From: Syntrophales bacterium
Lineage (GTDB): Bacteria; Desulfobacterota; Syntrophia; Syntrophales; UBA4778
NCBI GenBank assembly: GCA_963665615.2
Contig: CAXXQE010000001.1
Location: 699,151-763,150, forward strand
Direction: 5' to 3'
DNA: 64,000 nucleotides
The position numbers and the translations under genes are program-made. Under the pieces are notes generated by a model. It saw only the letters and a list, made by a program, of their open reading frames with translations, did no database searches and had not been told where the DNA came from. Numbering within the stretch: position 1 is the stretch's first letter; every line of letters starts with the position of its first letter. Of this stretch, positions 41,615-50,606 are shown piece by piece.

Positions 41615-41649
41615 ATGGACCTCCTTTTATGATGAAAAGCATTGTTTTC

Positions 41650-41752
41650 AGGCTGTTCAAAAAAGCTCAAATGCAAGGCGCCGCAGTTGCCCGATGCAGT
41701 CATCCGGAAAAGCCGAATCGCGAGGCGTATATTGAGCGTTTTATAAAGCCTT
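41650..41752. mobile_element. Non-autonomous MITE-like remnant
   Basis: Imperfect 21-bp terminal inverted repeats AGGCTGTTCAAAAAAGCTCAA / TTGAGCGTTTTTATAAAGCCT (17/21); no coding capacity. Confidence 0.55.
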
Positions 41753-41822
41753 CGGTTTTTTCCGGTAAGGTGCCAAAATAACTTGGACCTGATTACACCT
41801 TCCTACGGAAATGCGTCGCCGG

Positions 41823-42341
41823 TCAACAACCTGTATGGCCCAATCTAAAGGCCTTTAAATTCAGTTCCAACTGTTTTGGCTGTGAAATGCGGTTGATTAC
41901 GCGCTCCATCTGCTCCGCTGTGCAAAACAGGGCGCCGTTCCGGACAGCATATCCGATAAGAACCAGGTTGGCGACCACGACCGCCCCGGCCTCTTTTGCC
42001 AGTTTCGTGGCGTCGCAGAAGGCACAGCCGTCAACAGCGGGTCCGGCGGTGTTTACGAAGACACGGCCGTCAAGCGTCATCAGCTCTTGATGGACGTTCA
42101 AATTTGAGGCGTTGAGAAACAGGCCGATATCGGCCTGTCCACGCCGGATGAGTGGGCTTCTAAAATCGCCGACCTTGACGTGAGAGACGACCGTTCCGCC
42201 GCGCATTGCCATGCCGTGGCTTTCCGAGGTGAGGACCGGATAGCCGGCTTCCATTGCGGTTTCTGCCAGTAGCCGCGTTGCAAAGACAACGCCCTGACCG
42301 CCCACGCCGCTGACAATAATTCGCTGTTTCATCGTCTTCAT
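41823..42341 (-). CDS. iorB: Indolepyruvate:ferredoxin oxidoreductase beta subunit
   Basis: GVGGQGV, SESHGMAMRGGTVVSHV, NLVLIG, NLKAFRLG. Confidence 0.92.
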   Translation of the reverse strand: MKTMKQRIIVSGVGGQGVVFATRLLAETAMEAGYPVLTSESHGMAMRGGTVVSHVKVGDFRSPLIRRGQADIGLFLNASNLNVHQELMTLDGRVFVNTAGPAVDGCAFCDATKLAKEAGAVVVANLVLIGYAVRNGALFCTAEQMERVINRISQPKQLELNLKAFRLGHTGC

Positions 42342-42345
42342 GCTT

Positions 42346-44169
42346 TTATTTCCCCCGTGCCTCAATGGCGCCCATTGGGCAGACATGTACGCAGATGCCG
42401 CAACCCGTGCAGAGGTTCTGATCGATGATAACCTGCCCGGCATCGTTATCAAGGATCAACGCGGGACATTCAAACTCGTTGAGGCACGCTTCACAGCCAG
42501 TGCAGGCATCGGTAACACTCATGGCGAAGACCGGATATTTTTTGCCTGAACGGTCCAACTGGCAGGGGTGCTTACAGATGATCACGGCAATTCCGCCTTC
42601 TGCCGAACGGCAGTACGCATCCGCTTCCCGCAATAAGGCTGTCAATGCATCAAGGTCGTAGGGATCGCACTGCCGGATGAAATCGACACCGCAGGCCTTG
42701 ACGAGTTCCGGAATCAAAACCGGTTTGCCGGGAGAGCCGTCCGCCGTAATGCCGTTTTGCGGGGTGGGTTGATTGCCCGTCATCGCTGTTGTCGCGTTGT
42801 CCAGGATGACGACGATAAAGCGCGCCTTTTGAAAGACCGCGTTGATCAAGCCCGGTATGCCGGCGTGGAAGAAGGTCGAATCGCCGATACTGACCACGAT
42901 CGTCGGCGGATTTGGTTCGTTCCGGTAGGCAAAGAAGAATCCCTCACCCTGGTTGATACAGGCTCCCATGCAGTGGCAGGTATCAATGGCCCCGAAATTC
43001 ATCCCCAGCGTATAGCAGCCGATGTCGCTGGGAAAGATCCCATTTGGGAAAGTTTGTTTGATGGCATAGTAGGCGGCGCGGTGCGAGCAGCCGGCGCACA
43101 AAGAGGGTCTCTTTCCTTTTTGCGGAGACGCTGTGGGGGAGTCTACGGGCGTGAGATTCAGAAATTGTTCCAGCGCGCGCGCGACGACATCTGGTGTCAC
43201 CTCGCCGCGGCTGGGAACAAGGCCGGATCGCCGCCCATCCACTTTGGGATTGAGGAGTTGCGTTTCAATAACGGGATAAGTCTCCTCGATCACCAGGATA
43301 TGATCATAAGCGGTTCGGATCTCCTCGATAAAGCCCTGGTGAAGCGGGTAGGGCAGCGTAACCTGGAAGAGATCGATTGTTCCCCGAAGTCCTAAGTCGT
43401 CGAGCAGATCCCAGGCATGGGCGAAGGCCACGCCGGATGCGACAATGCAGCAGCCCTTGTGCGAGCCGTTCCCTTTAAAGAGGCGGGGACGAAAGTCGTC
43501 CCGAAGCGAAATCGCCGCGATCTTCTCGTTGAGCTTCCGATGCAATTCCGGGAGAAACTGCGGGGTTGCGATCCATCGACCCGGGTTTTTTTCGAAGTGC
43601 GGGGGTCTGGACGGTCTTACAGGCTTTTCGCAGGAAACGTTCTGGCGGGCATGGCAGACGCGCGTCGTCGGGCGAAGCATCACCGGAATCTCATACTGTT
43701 CCGATAGCTCGAAGGCCGTCCGCACCATCTCCTTGGCTTCGGCCGGACTCGATGGATCGAGGACGGGAATCTTTGCGAATTGGGCAAAGAAGCGGCTGTC
43801 CTGTTCTGTCTGGGAACTGTGCGGTCCGGGGTCATCCGCCACCAGGATGACGAATCCTCCCTTGACGCCGAGATAAGCGGAACGCATAAAGGGATCGGCG
43901 GCGACATTGAGGCCGACCTGCTTCATCGCTGCGGCGGAACGCTTGCCCGTATAGCTGTTGGCCAGCGCCGCTTCGTAGGCCACTTTTTCGTTTACCGACC
44001 ATTCCAGATGCATCGAACTCGCCGTCTCTTGGGCGAATCCGACTGCAGCCGTCATGATCTCAGAGGAGGGGGTCCCTGGGTATGCGGCAAAGAAATCGCA
44101 GCCGTATTCCACAAGACCCCGGCCGATTGCTTCGTTTCCCATCAGGATTCGTTGAGCACTTGAAGACAT
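42346..44169 (-). CDS. iorA: Indolepyruvate:ferredoxin oxidoreductase alpha subunit
   Basis: LMGNEAIGRG, YPGTPSSE, MKQVGLNVAAD, LCAGCSHR, SDIGCY, IGDSTFFH (TPP), C-terminal 2x4Fe-4S. Confidence 0.95.
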   Translation of the reverse strand: MSSSAQRILMGNEAIGRGLVEYGCDFFAAYPGTPSSEIMTAAVGFAQETASSMHLEWSVNEKVAYEAALANSYTGKRSAAAMKQVGLNVAADPFMRSAYLGVKGGFVILVADDPGPHSSQTEQDSRFFAQFAKIPVLDPSSPAEAKEMVRTAFELSEQYEIPVMLRPTTRVCHARQNVSCEKPVRPSRPPHFEKNPGRWIATPQFLPELHRKLNEKIAAISLRDDFRPRLFKGNGSHKGCCIVASGVAFAHAWDLLDDLGLRGTIDLFQVTLPYPLHQGFIEEIRTAYDHILVIEETYPVIETQLLNPKVDGRRSGLVPSRGEVTPDVVARALEQFLNLTPVDSPTASPQKGKRPSLCAGCSHRAAYYAIKQTFPNGIFPSDIGCYTLGMNFGAIDTCHCMGACINQGEGFFFAYRNEPNPPTIVVSIGDSTFFHAGIPGLINAVFQKARFIVVILDNATTAMTGNQPTPQNGITADGSPGKPVLIPELVKACGVDFIRQCDPYDLDALTALLREADAYCRSAEGGIAVIICKHPCQLDRSGKKYPVFAMSVTDACTGCEACLNEFECPALILDNDAGQVIIDQNLCTGCGICVHVCPMGAIEARGK

Positions 44170-44202
44170 GTTTTGTTCTCTTTTCTCGTCAACAGCATAC
44201 TG

Positions 44203-44245
44203 AAAAAACAAGAAGGCCGCGGATGCTTAGCCCATCCGCGGCCTT
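44203..44245 (-). terminator. Attenuator terminator (3:4 hairpin) upstream of iorA
   Basis: Perfect 13-bp stem AAGGCCGCGGATG / CATCCGCGGCCTT followed by CTTGTTTTTT on the minus strand. Confidence 0.9.
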
Positions 44246-44295
44246 GAAAACGATTTTAAAGTAGTGCCATAAGAGGACGAGCCTTTGCGCTTATT

Positions 44296-44343
44296 TCATC
44301 CCCGCCACCACCAGTAGTTTGAATTGAAAATGACTGTCGACAT
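44296..44343 (-). CDS. Trp-rich attenuator leader peptide MSTVIFNSNYWWWRG
   Basis: ATG TCG ACA GTC ATT TTC AAT TCA AAC TAC TGG TGG TGG CGG GGA TGA; RBS GAGG; followed by antiterminator and terminator segments. Confidence 0.88.
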   Translation of the reverse strand: MSTVIFNSNYWWWRG

Positions 44344-44461
44344 TGATTCCGTACCTCAGTATTGAAGTTGACATATAATAACGGATGCTAAAAATCAAGA
44401 ATAAATATCTTTATATGGACCTTGTGAGACAGCCTGCCAGTGTTATGTCTCAAAAATAAGT

Positions 44462-44677
44462 TGTCATATTAACCGAAGGGAGATATCTCGTTCCGCTTTG
44501 AATTCTTCAGCGCTCGCATTGCCCGCTGCTTGCGGCGGGGAATGCGAGCGAATCAGGACAAATCATCTATCTTGGGAATCGGAGATTCGCCGGAGCTTGC
44601 TCCGGTGAGTCTTCAATAAATTAAGATTTCTCGCTTCGCTTCCCGACGACGGCGGCCTCGGGACAAGCGAAATGACA
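44462..44677. repeat. Nested repeats: 119-bp MITE-like element (44498-44616) inside a REP-like palindrome
   Basis: Outer arms TGTCAT...GGGAGATATCT and AGATTTCTC...AAATGACA; inner element with hairpin CGCTCGCATT...AATGCGAGCG and TTGAA/TTCAA ends. Confidence 0.65.
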
Positions 44678-44715
44678 TTTAATCAAGGTAGTAATGGGAC
44701 ACTGCACTGGTTGCG

Positions 44716-46005
44716 TCATGCGCGGTGATCGTATACCCGCTTCGATTTTCGTTCGGTCCTGGGGAGCTCCTGATAGGCCACGATTTCGACTTTGCCGCTC
44801 ACCAGGGTCTCCTTGCGAATCGTCTTTTCGATCATGCCGGCGAGGGAACGGTCGTTGGCAGAATCGCCACTCTGTTCGCGTTCCACCTTGATGGTCATAT
44901 AGTCCTTGCCGTCTTCCAGGCGATCGAGGTGGATCTGGTATTCGCTGCCGATTCCCCCGAGTTTGGAGAGGATCTCATCGATATGGCTCGGATAGATATT
45001 TACACCCCGGACGATGAACATGTCGTCGGATCGTCCCATGATCTTGTCGTGACGCGGGAAGGGGGAGCCGCAGGGGCAATCGCCGGGGATCAGGCGTGTC
45101 AGGTCGCGTGACCGGTAGCGGATCATCGGCGCCCCCTCTTTTTTCAACGTCGTATAAACCATCTCGCCAACCTCGCCCTCTTTGACCGGTTCCAGCGTAT
45201 CGGGATCAAGGATTTCGAGGATGTAATAATCGGGCCAATAGTGGATACCCGTATGGTATGGGCAGTCCAGGCCGGTTCCAGGCCCGTAGATCTCGGTCAG
45301 TCCCGGGATGTCGAAAATATGCTCCGCCCCGAGCAGGTCCTTCACCTTTTTCCTCAGGGCATCGCTCGAACGCTCGGCGCCGAAGATGACCTTTTTGACG
45401 TTGATCTTGTCCCGAAGACCGTGGGCATGCACTTCTTCGGCCATCAGCAGGGCCATGGAGGCGGTGCTGCAGATGACCGTCGTCTGGAAGTCCACGAGAA
45501 ACTGAAGATGCATATCAAGATTACCGGGGCCCGCCGGAATGGCCAGGGCGCCGAATCGCTCGCAGCCGATCTGGAAGCCCGCCCCTGCCGTCCAGACGCC
45601 ATAGCCTACGCAGATCTGAATGCGGTCCTCCTTCGTCAATTCCGCCGTCTCATAGCATCGTGCGAACATATCGGCCCAATCGTCGATGTCCTTGGCGGTA
45701 TAGACCAGGACCTTTCGTTTTCCCGTCGTCCCCGATGAGGCGTGCATTCGGACAATGTCTTTCATGGGAACTGACAACAGCGGCCAGGGATAGTTGTCCT
45801 GAAGATCCTGAGAGGTCGTAAAGGGAAGGCGCCTGAGATCGTTGAGGCTGTGTATATCTTCCGGTTTGACCCCTGCTTCGTCCAACATACGACGATAAAA
45901 AGGCGATCCCTCGTAGGCATGACGGACCGTCCATTTCAGTCCGTCAAGCTGGATGGCCGCAAGTTGTTCTTTCGTCATGGAAGCAGGGGCAAAAGTCTTT
46001 TGCAT
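44716..46005 (-). CDS. paaK: Phenylacetate-CoA ligase family (aryl-acetate CoA ligase)
   Basis: RMHASSGTTGK, GLTEIYGPG, PMIRYRSRD, GRSDDMFIVRGVNIYP. Confidence 0.92.
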   Translation of the reverse strand: MQKTFAPASMTKEQLAAIQLDGLKWTVRHAYEGSPFYRRMLDEAGVKPEDIHSLNDLRRLPFTTSQDLQDNYPWPLLSVPMKDIVRMHASSGTTGKRKVLVYTAKDIDDWADMFARCYETAELTKEDRIQICVGYGVWTAGAGFQIGCERFGALAIPAGPGNLDMHLQFLVDFQTTVICSTASMALLMAEEVHAHGLRDKINVKKVIFGAERSSDALRKKVKDLLGAEHIFDIPGLTEIYGPGTGLDCPYHTGIHYWPDYYILEILDPDTLEPVKEGEVGEMVYTTLKKEGAPMIRYRSRDLTRLIPGDCPCGSPFPRHDKIMGRSDDMFIVRGVNIYPSHIDEILSKLGGIGSEYQIHLDRLEDGKDYMTIKVEREQSGDSANDRSLAGMIEKTIRKETLVSGKVEIVAYQELPRTERKSKRVYDHRA

Positions 46006-46221
46006 ATCGTTGTCCTCTTCATCATAATGTCAACCAATGCCAAGTGGCAGGAAAGGATCGGTTGTCTCGCCCCGGGGAGGGTGCCTGAAATATAGGAGAA
46101 GGGATTCTTTAAAGTCAAGAAGCGATTTAAGAGTTTTGCTGCATATTCACTTGAAATTCTCTGCGAAAGCGGGCATGATTCGTAGCAAGACGTCCCTATT
46201 TCAGATCGGTCTGGAGCAGCC

Positions 46222-47619
46222 ATGAAAAGCGGCAAGAGATTGACCGCGCGTCGGGTCAGCGCAGCGGGGGCAAAACACATACGATCGGTTTTTACGAATC
46301 TGCAAGCCCTCTTTTCCGAGACCTTCGGACTGGGGCCGAGCGCGACATTGTCCGCGACGGTCTTCACCCTTCTGGTTCTGGCCTTTGCCGTCTTCTGGTT
46401 TTTTCATTCCGCACCGCCGAATACCATCGTCATGACGAGCGGCGACAAGGGAAGCCGCTTCTACAAGCAGGCTGAGAAGTACGCCAAGGTTCTCGAGCGC
46501 AACGGCGTCAAGCTGAAGATCCTGACCTCGGAAGGCTCACTGGAAAACCTGGAGCGGTTGGCGAATCCGTCTTATCGGGTCGATGTCGGTTTCGTGCAAA
46601 CTGGCGTTGCCGAGGGTTACGATATCCGCAAACTGGTATCACTAGGCAGTGTCTCTTACGAACCGCTCTATTTGTTCTACCGGAGTCCCAAGCCCTTCGA
46701 GCGGCTGTCGCAGTTCAGCGGTAAAAAGCTCGCTATCGGCGAGGATGGGACGGGAACGCAAATCCTGGCGTTGGAGTTGCTCCGCAGAAACAATATCAAA
46801 CCGGGTGGTCAGACGTCACTGTTAGAAATGGACGACGACGAAGCACACGAGGCCCTGCTAAAAGGCAAGATCGATGCGGCCTTCATGATGGGTGATTCCG
46901 CCTCGACGGATGTCATTCGCGACTTTCTCAGGGAGCCCGGTATTCGCCTCTTTGACTTTACCCAGGCAGAAGCCTATGCGCGCCGCATCGGCTATCTTAA
47001 CAAGCTGGTACTCTTGAGGGGCGCTATCGATTTCGGTCAAGACATCCCGGATCATGATGTTAGCCTGGTCAGTCCGACGGTTGAACTGATTGTGCGGGAG
47101 GATCTGCATCCAGCCCTATCCGATTTGCTCCTGGAGGCGGCGACTGAGGTCAACGGGCGGCGGAGCATGTTTCAGCGCCGCGGGGAATTTCCGACGCCGC
47201 TCGACCATGAATTCCGCATCAGCGCAGACGCCCAGCGCTATTACAAGTCCGGAAAGAAATTCTTTTATCGCTATATGCCCTTTTGGTGGGCGAGCCTGCT
47301 CAATCGCTTTGTCGTCGTGGTCATTCCGATGGCGTTGATCCTGATTCCGGGCCTGAGGGCTATCCCGGCGCTCTTTCGGTGGCGCGTGCGACTCCAGATT
47401 CTGCGCTGGTACCGGGCCCTGCTGTCTCTCGAAGAGGGACTCACCTCTGGTATTTCAAACGAAGAGCGGCTGGAACGTCTCAAGCGTCTGGACCGGATCG
47501 AACAGACACTCGGGGGCAAGAAGGTGCCAGCTTCCTTTGCAGATCAGTTTTACGCCCTGCGCGGTCATATCGGCTTCGTCCGCCAGCGGCTCCAGGAGGG
47601 AAACGGCGCCGGCGTCTAA
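46222..47619 (+). CDS. TAXI-family solute-binding protein, membrane anchored
   Basis: TSEGSLENL, DVGFVQTG, GEDGTGT, REDLHPAL; TM segments at both ends. Confidence 0.8.
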   Translation: MKSGKRLTARRVSAAGAKHIRSVFTNLQALFSETFGLGPSATLSATVFTLLVLAFAVFWFFHSAPPNTIVMTSGDKGSRFYKQAEKYAKVLERNGVKLKILTSEGSLENLERLANPSYRVDVGFVQTGVAEGYDIRKLVSLGSVSYEPLYLFYRSPKPFERLSQFSGKKLAIGEDGTGTQILALELLRRNNIKPGGQTSLLEMDDDEAHEALLKGKIDAAFMMGDSASTDVIRDFLREPGIRLFDFTQAEAYARRIGYLNKLVLLRGAIDFGQDIPDHDVSLVSPTVELIVREDLHPALSDLLLEAATEVNGRRSMFQRRGEFPTPLDHEFRISADAQRYYKSGKKFFYRYMPFWWASLLNRFVVVVIPMALILIPGLRAIPALFRWRVRLQILRWYRALLSLEEGLTSGISNEERLERLKRLDRIEQTLGGKKVPASFADQFYALRGHIGFVRQRLQEGNGAGV

Positions 47620-48151
47620 AAAGGGGTAGGGTGCATCATGAGTGAACTCGCCTATCTCGCATGGTATCGCGAATGCAACTTGCAGGAACGGATCGAACTG
47701 GCGTTGGACCCGCTCTCACTCGCCTGTCGGTTTTTTCCGCGTAACGGCGGTATCGATCGGTTGGCTACTGAGCCAGGCATTCGCAGAACAGGAGCCAAAG
47801 CTGTCGTCATCAGTTTACGTCTTGTCCGGAAGCATGTCGCACCGGGTGACCTGTCCACCCTCATGATTCCGCTCCAGAACCACCTCTGTCATATCAACCT
47901 TCTGACCCCAACCCATATCGTGCTGCAAATCCTGCAGGCGCGACTTTCTTCCGATCGAAGCATGATTGAAGATTCCCCTTGCATACAGCTAACCGTGGTG
48001 GAGATGAGCGCGGAGACACTGAAGCCGCTTGATGGGCGTGGCTTTATACATGCTGGATCAAAATATCGGCCGAACACCTTCTTTCATGGTCGGGATTATC
48101 GTGAAGGGGCGATCATGAATGCGCGGGAGATACAGTTTAAACCCCATGTTC

Positions 48152-48195
48152 GGAACAGTATTGTTCCTTTTGCGGAACAATACTGTTCCTTTTGC
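48152..48195. repeat. Paired 16-bp palindromic boxes
   Basis: GGAACAGTATTGTTCC-TTTTGC-GGAACAATACTGTTCC-TTTTGC. Confidence 0.8.
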
Positions 48196-48547
48196 AGGTG
48201 AGCAGCAATGAGAAGATCGGTCGCGCATTGATGCGGCAGAGCTGGCTTCCGCCAGCAAGGCCTGACTGTACGATAGGAGAGGTAAGCGTAAAGATCTCCG
48301 ATACTAGTCTTGAGGGATCCGAAATGGAGATGGAAGTAAATTTTTTCGCTAATCCCTTAATATGACTTAAAGTTCGATTACTTTAAGGAAGCAGTCAATG
48401 AAATACAGCGGCTTAATTATGGACATTGTATTAATTTGTTAATTATGGAACAGAATGAATCGATTGAGCGTGTAATTAAACAAGAAAGTCTACTTGGTAT
48501 GTGTTTTCTATATTGAACAAATAATATTAATAAGTGGTTACGTATTA

Positions 48548-48563
48548 TGGCACAATGAATGCT
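48548..48563 (+). promoter_or_regulatory. Sigma54 promoter of the DUF1302 operon
   Basis: TGGCAC-AATGA-ATGCT in an AT-rich intergenic region. Confidence 0.72.
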
Positions 48564-48912
48564 ATATAAAACGGGAGACAAGTGTATCCTGCCACCTAAA
48601 AAAGCGATCCACTTTATAAGTCAGGATTGACGTATAATCTGGATTATAAAAAAGAGAGTCAGGGGTGAGCCGGAAACGATCGACTTAAGGTAATTTCAGT
48701 AGCTCTAAAACACAATAATTATAGAAAGGAGGGGGGAGGGATCAAGTTTTTCGCGGGGTGATATCAGTGGCGACGATTCAGGGCTCCTCTAACCATCCTG
48801 AAAATGGTTCGGCATTTAAATTTCGAGGAGTTTTTTAATTAGGAGCAGAAACCACTGATAGTGAGAGCACAGTTAATCTGGATTAAAAAGAGAGTTCGTA
48901 AGGAGGGAAGGT

Positions 48913-50538
48913 ATGCGCAAATACGAAATGAGTATTAAGGCTGTGTTTATTTTTCTGGCGCTGCTGCTGGTAGGTTACGGAAGCGCCAATGCGTTCGAAA
49001 TCCCGACGGGTAACGAAGACGTGGTTCTTCGGCTGGACAGCAATTTCCGCTACACCTTGATGTATCGTCTACAGAACCCGGACGAGGGTCTCTTGTCAAA
49101 TATCAATAATGATGACGGCGATCGCAACTTCAGATCTGGAATCGTGTCAAATCGCGTGGACCTTTATATGGAGTCGGATTTGACCTTCAAAAAGAACTAC
49201 GGGGTCCGTGTGAGCGGCGCCTTCTGGTATGATCAGCGGTATCGCAATCATTTCCAGAACGATTCCGTTGCGACCTCCAACTTTATCGATGGAAACGGAA
49301 ATCAGGCCGTTGGCCAGCTCGAAACGTATCAGGATCGGTATTATACGGGCCCGTATGGCGAGTTGCTCGATGCATTTGTTTTTGCAAGGCTGGATCTTGG
49401 CGATATCCCGACTTACTGGAAGATCGGGAAGCACACGGTTATCTTTGGCGAGGGGCTGTTAAACGCATACCACGCGATCAGCTACCTGCAGGCTCAGATT
49501 GATCACGCCAAGGGCCTGCAAAGTCCCGGCGCCGAGGTGAAGGAACTGTACCGTCCCATCAACAACGTCAGCGTTGAGGCGCAGATCACACCGGAGCTTC
49601 AATTCTCCGGTCAATACTTCCTGCAATGGGTTCCGGATTTGCTGCCCGGCGCCGGAACTTTCCTGGGCAATACCGATATCGCGATGAATGGAAGCGGGTC
49701 TCTGCTTTTTGGTGTTGGCGGCCCCTGGATGACTCACGGCCGTGACGTTGAAGGGAAGAAGCATGACGATTTCGGGCTCCAACTCCGCTACAAGTGGGGG
49801 GAATATACATTCGGGGGCGTTTTCAGAAATCTGTCCGACAGGCTGCCGACTGTTATTCTCAATACCGGCGATATGACCTACCATTGTGCTTATAAGTCCG
49901 ATATCCAACTGTACGGCTTGACCTTTTCTGGCGTTATAGAGGGTCTCAGCGTGGGTGCCGAGGTATCTTACCGTAAGAATATGCCCCTGGTCGGCGGTAC
50001 TGCCATGATAACGGATGCGTCCCAGTTGCCCGATGATGGTCATGTTCTGGCGCCGACAGGAGAGACGATGCATGCCGTGCTTAATTTCGTAGGCTTGCTG
50101 AAGAAGTCGCTTCTGTGGGATGCAGGAAGCTGGATGTTTGAGTATGATCACAGCCGTTTCATGTCGCTGACCGATGACCCGCAGCACCTTTTTGCAGGTC
50201 CGGGGTCCGCGTCCTTGTGGCATGTGACAAGGGATGCAGGAGAAATAACGTTCGTCTTCGGGCCTCAATACCTGCAGATTCTGCCCGGAGTGGATTTGTC
50301 GGTCCCGGTTTCCCTGAATTATGGTGTCTTTGGTGTTTCCCCCATCGGGGCGGGAATGGCTGAAGGGGATGGAAACCTGGGTATCGGATTAAACTTCACG
50401 TATGTGACGAAGTACAACTTCAATTTCACCTACTCGAACTATTTCGGCCCCCTCAGCCCGGGTAACGCGGGAAAAGGAAACTGGTCGTCGTTCCGGGATA
50501 GAGATTGGATATCCTTCATGTTTAAGGTCGCTTTCTAG
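48913..50538 (+). CDS. DUF1302 family outer-membrane beta-barrel protein
   Basis: Signal peptide; NNDDGDRNF, ELLDAFV, PGAEVKE; C-terminal DRDWISFMFKVAF. Confidence 0.88.
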   Translation: MRKYEMSIKAVFIFLALLLVGYGSANAFEIPTGNEDVVLRLDSNFRYTLMYRLQNPDEGLLSNINNDDGDRNFRSGIVSNRVDLYMESDLTFKKNYGVRVSGAFWYDQRYRNHFQNDSVATSNFIDGNGNQAVGQLETYQDRYYTGPYGELLDAFVFARLDLGDIPTYWKIGKHTVIFGEGLLNAYHAISYLQAQIDHAKGLQSPGAEVKELYRPINNVSVEAQITPELQFSGQYFLQWVPDLLPGAGTFLGNTDIAMNGSGSLLFGVGGPWMTHGRDVEGKKHDDFGLQLRYKWGEYTFGGVFRNLSDRLPTVILNTGDMTYHCAYKSDIQLYGLTFSGVIEGLSVGAEVSYRKNMPLVGGTAMITDASQLPDDGHVLAPTGETMHAVLNFVGLLKKSLLWDAGSWMFEYDHSRFMSLTDDPQHLFAGPGSASLWHVTRDAGEITFVFGPQYLQILPGVDLSVPVSLNYGVFGVSPIGAGMAEGDGNLGIGLNFTYVTKYNFNFTYSNYFGPLSPGNAGKGNWSSFRDRDWISFMFKVAF

Positions 50539-50606
50539 CGATTACAGATGGATGATCGCGATTTAATCGCGCGGACATTTAACGTATTTTTCAATGAGGA
50601 GAAAAA

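Noticed and set aside
47638..48201. 187-aa ORF after the TAXI gene
   Set aside because: No recognisable domain, and it runs through a DNA palindrome; may be spurious or decayed
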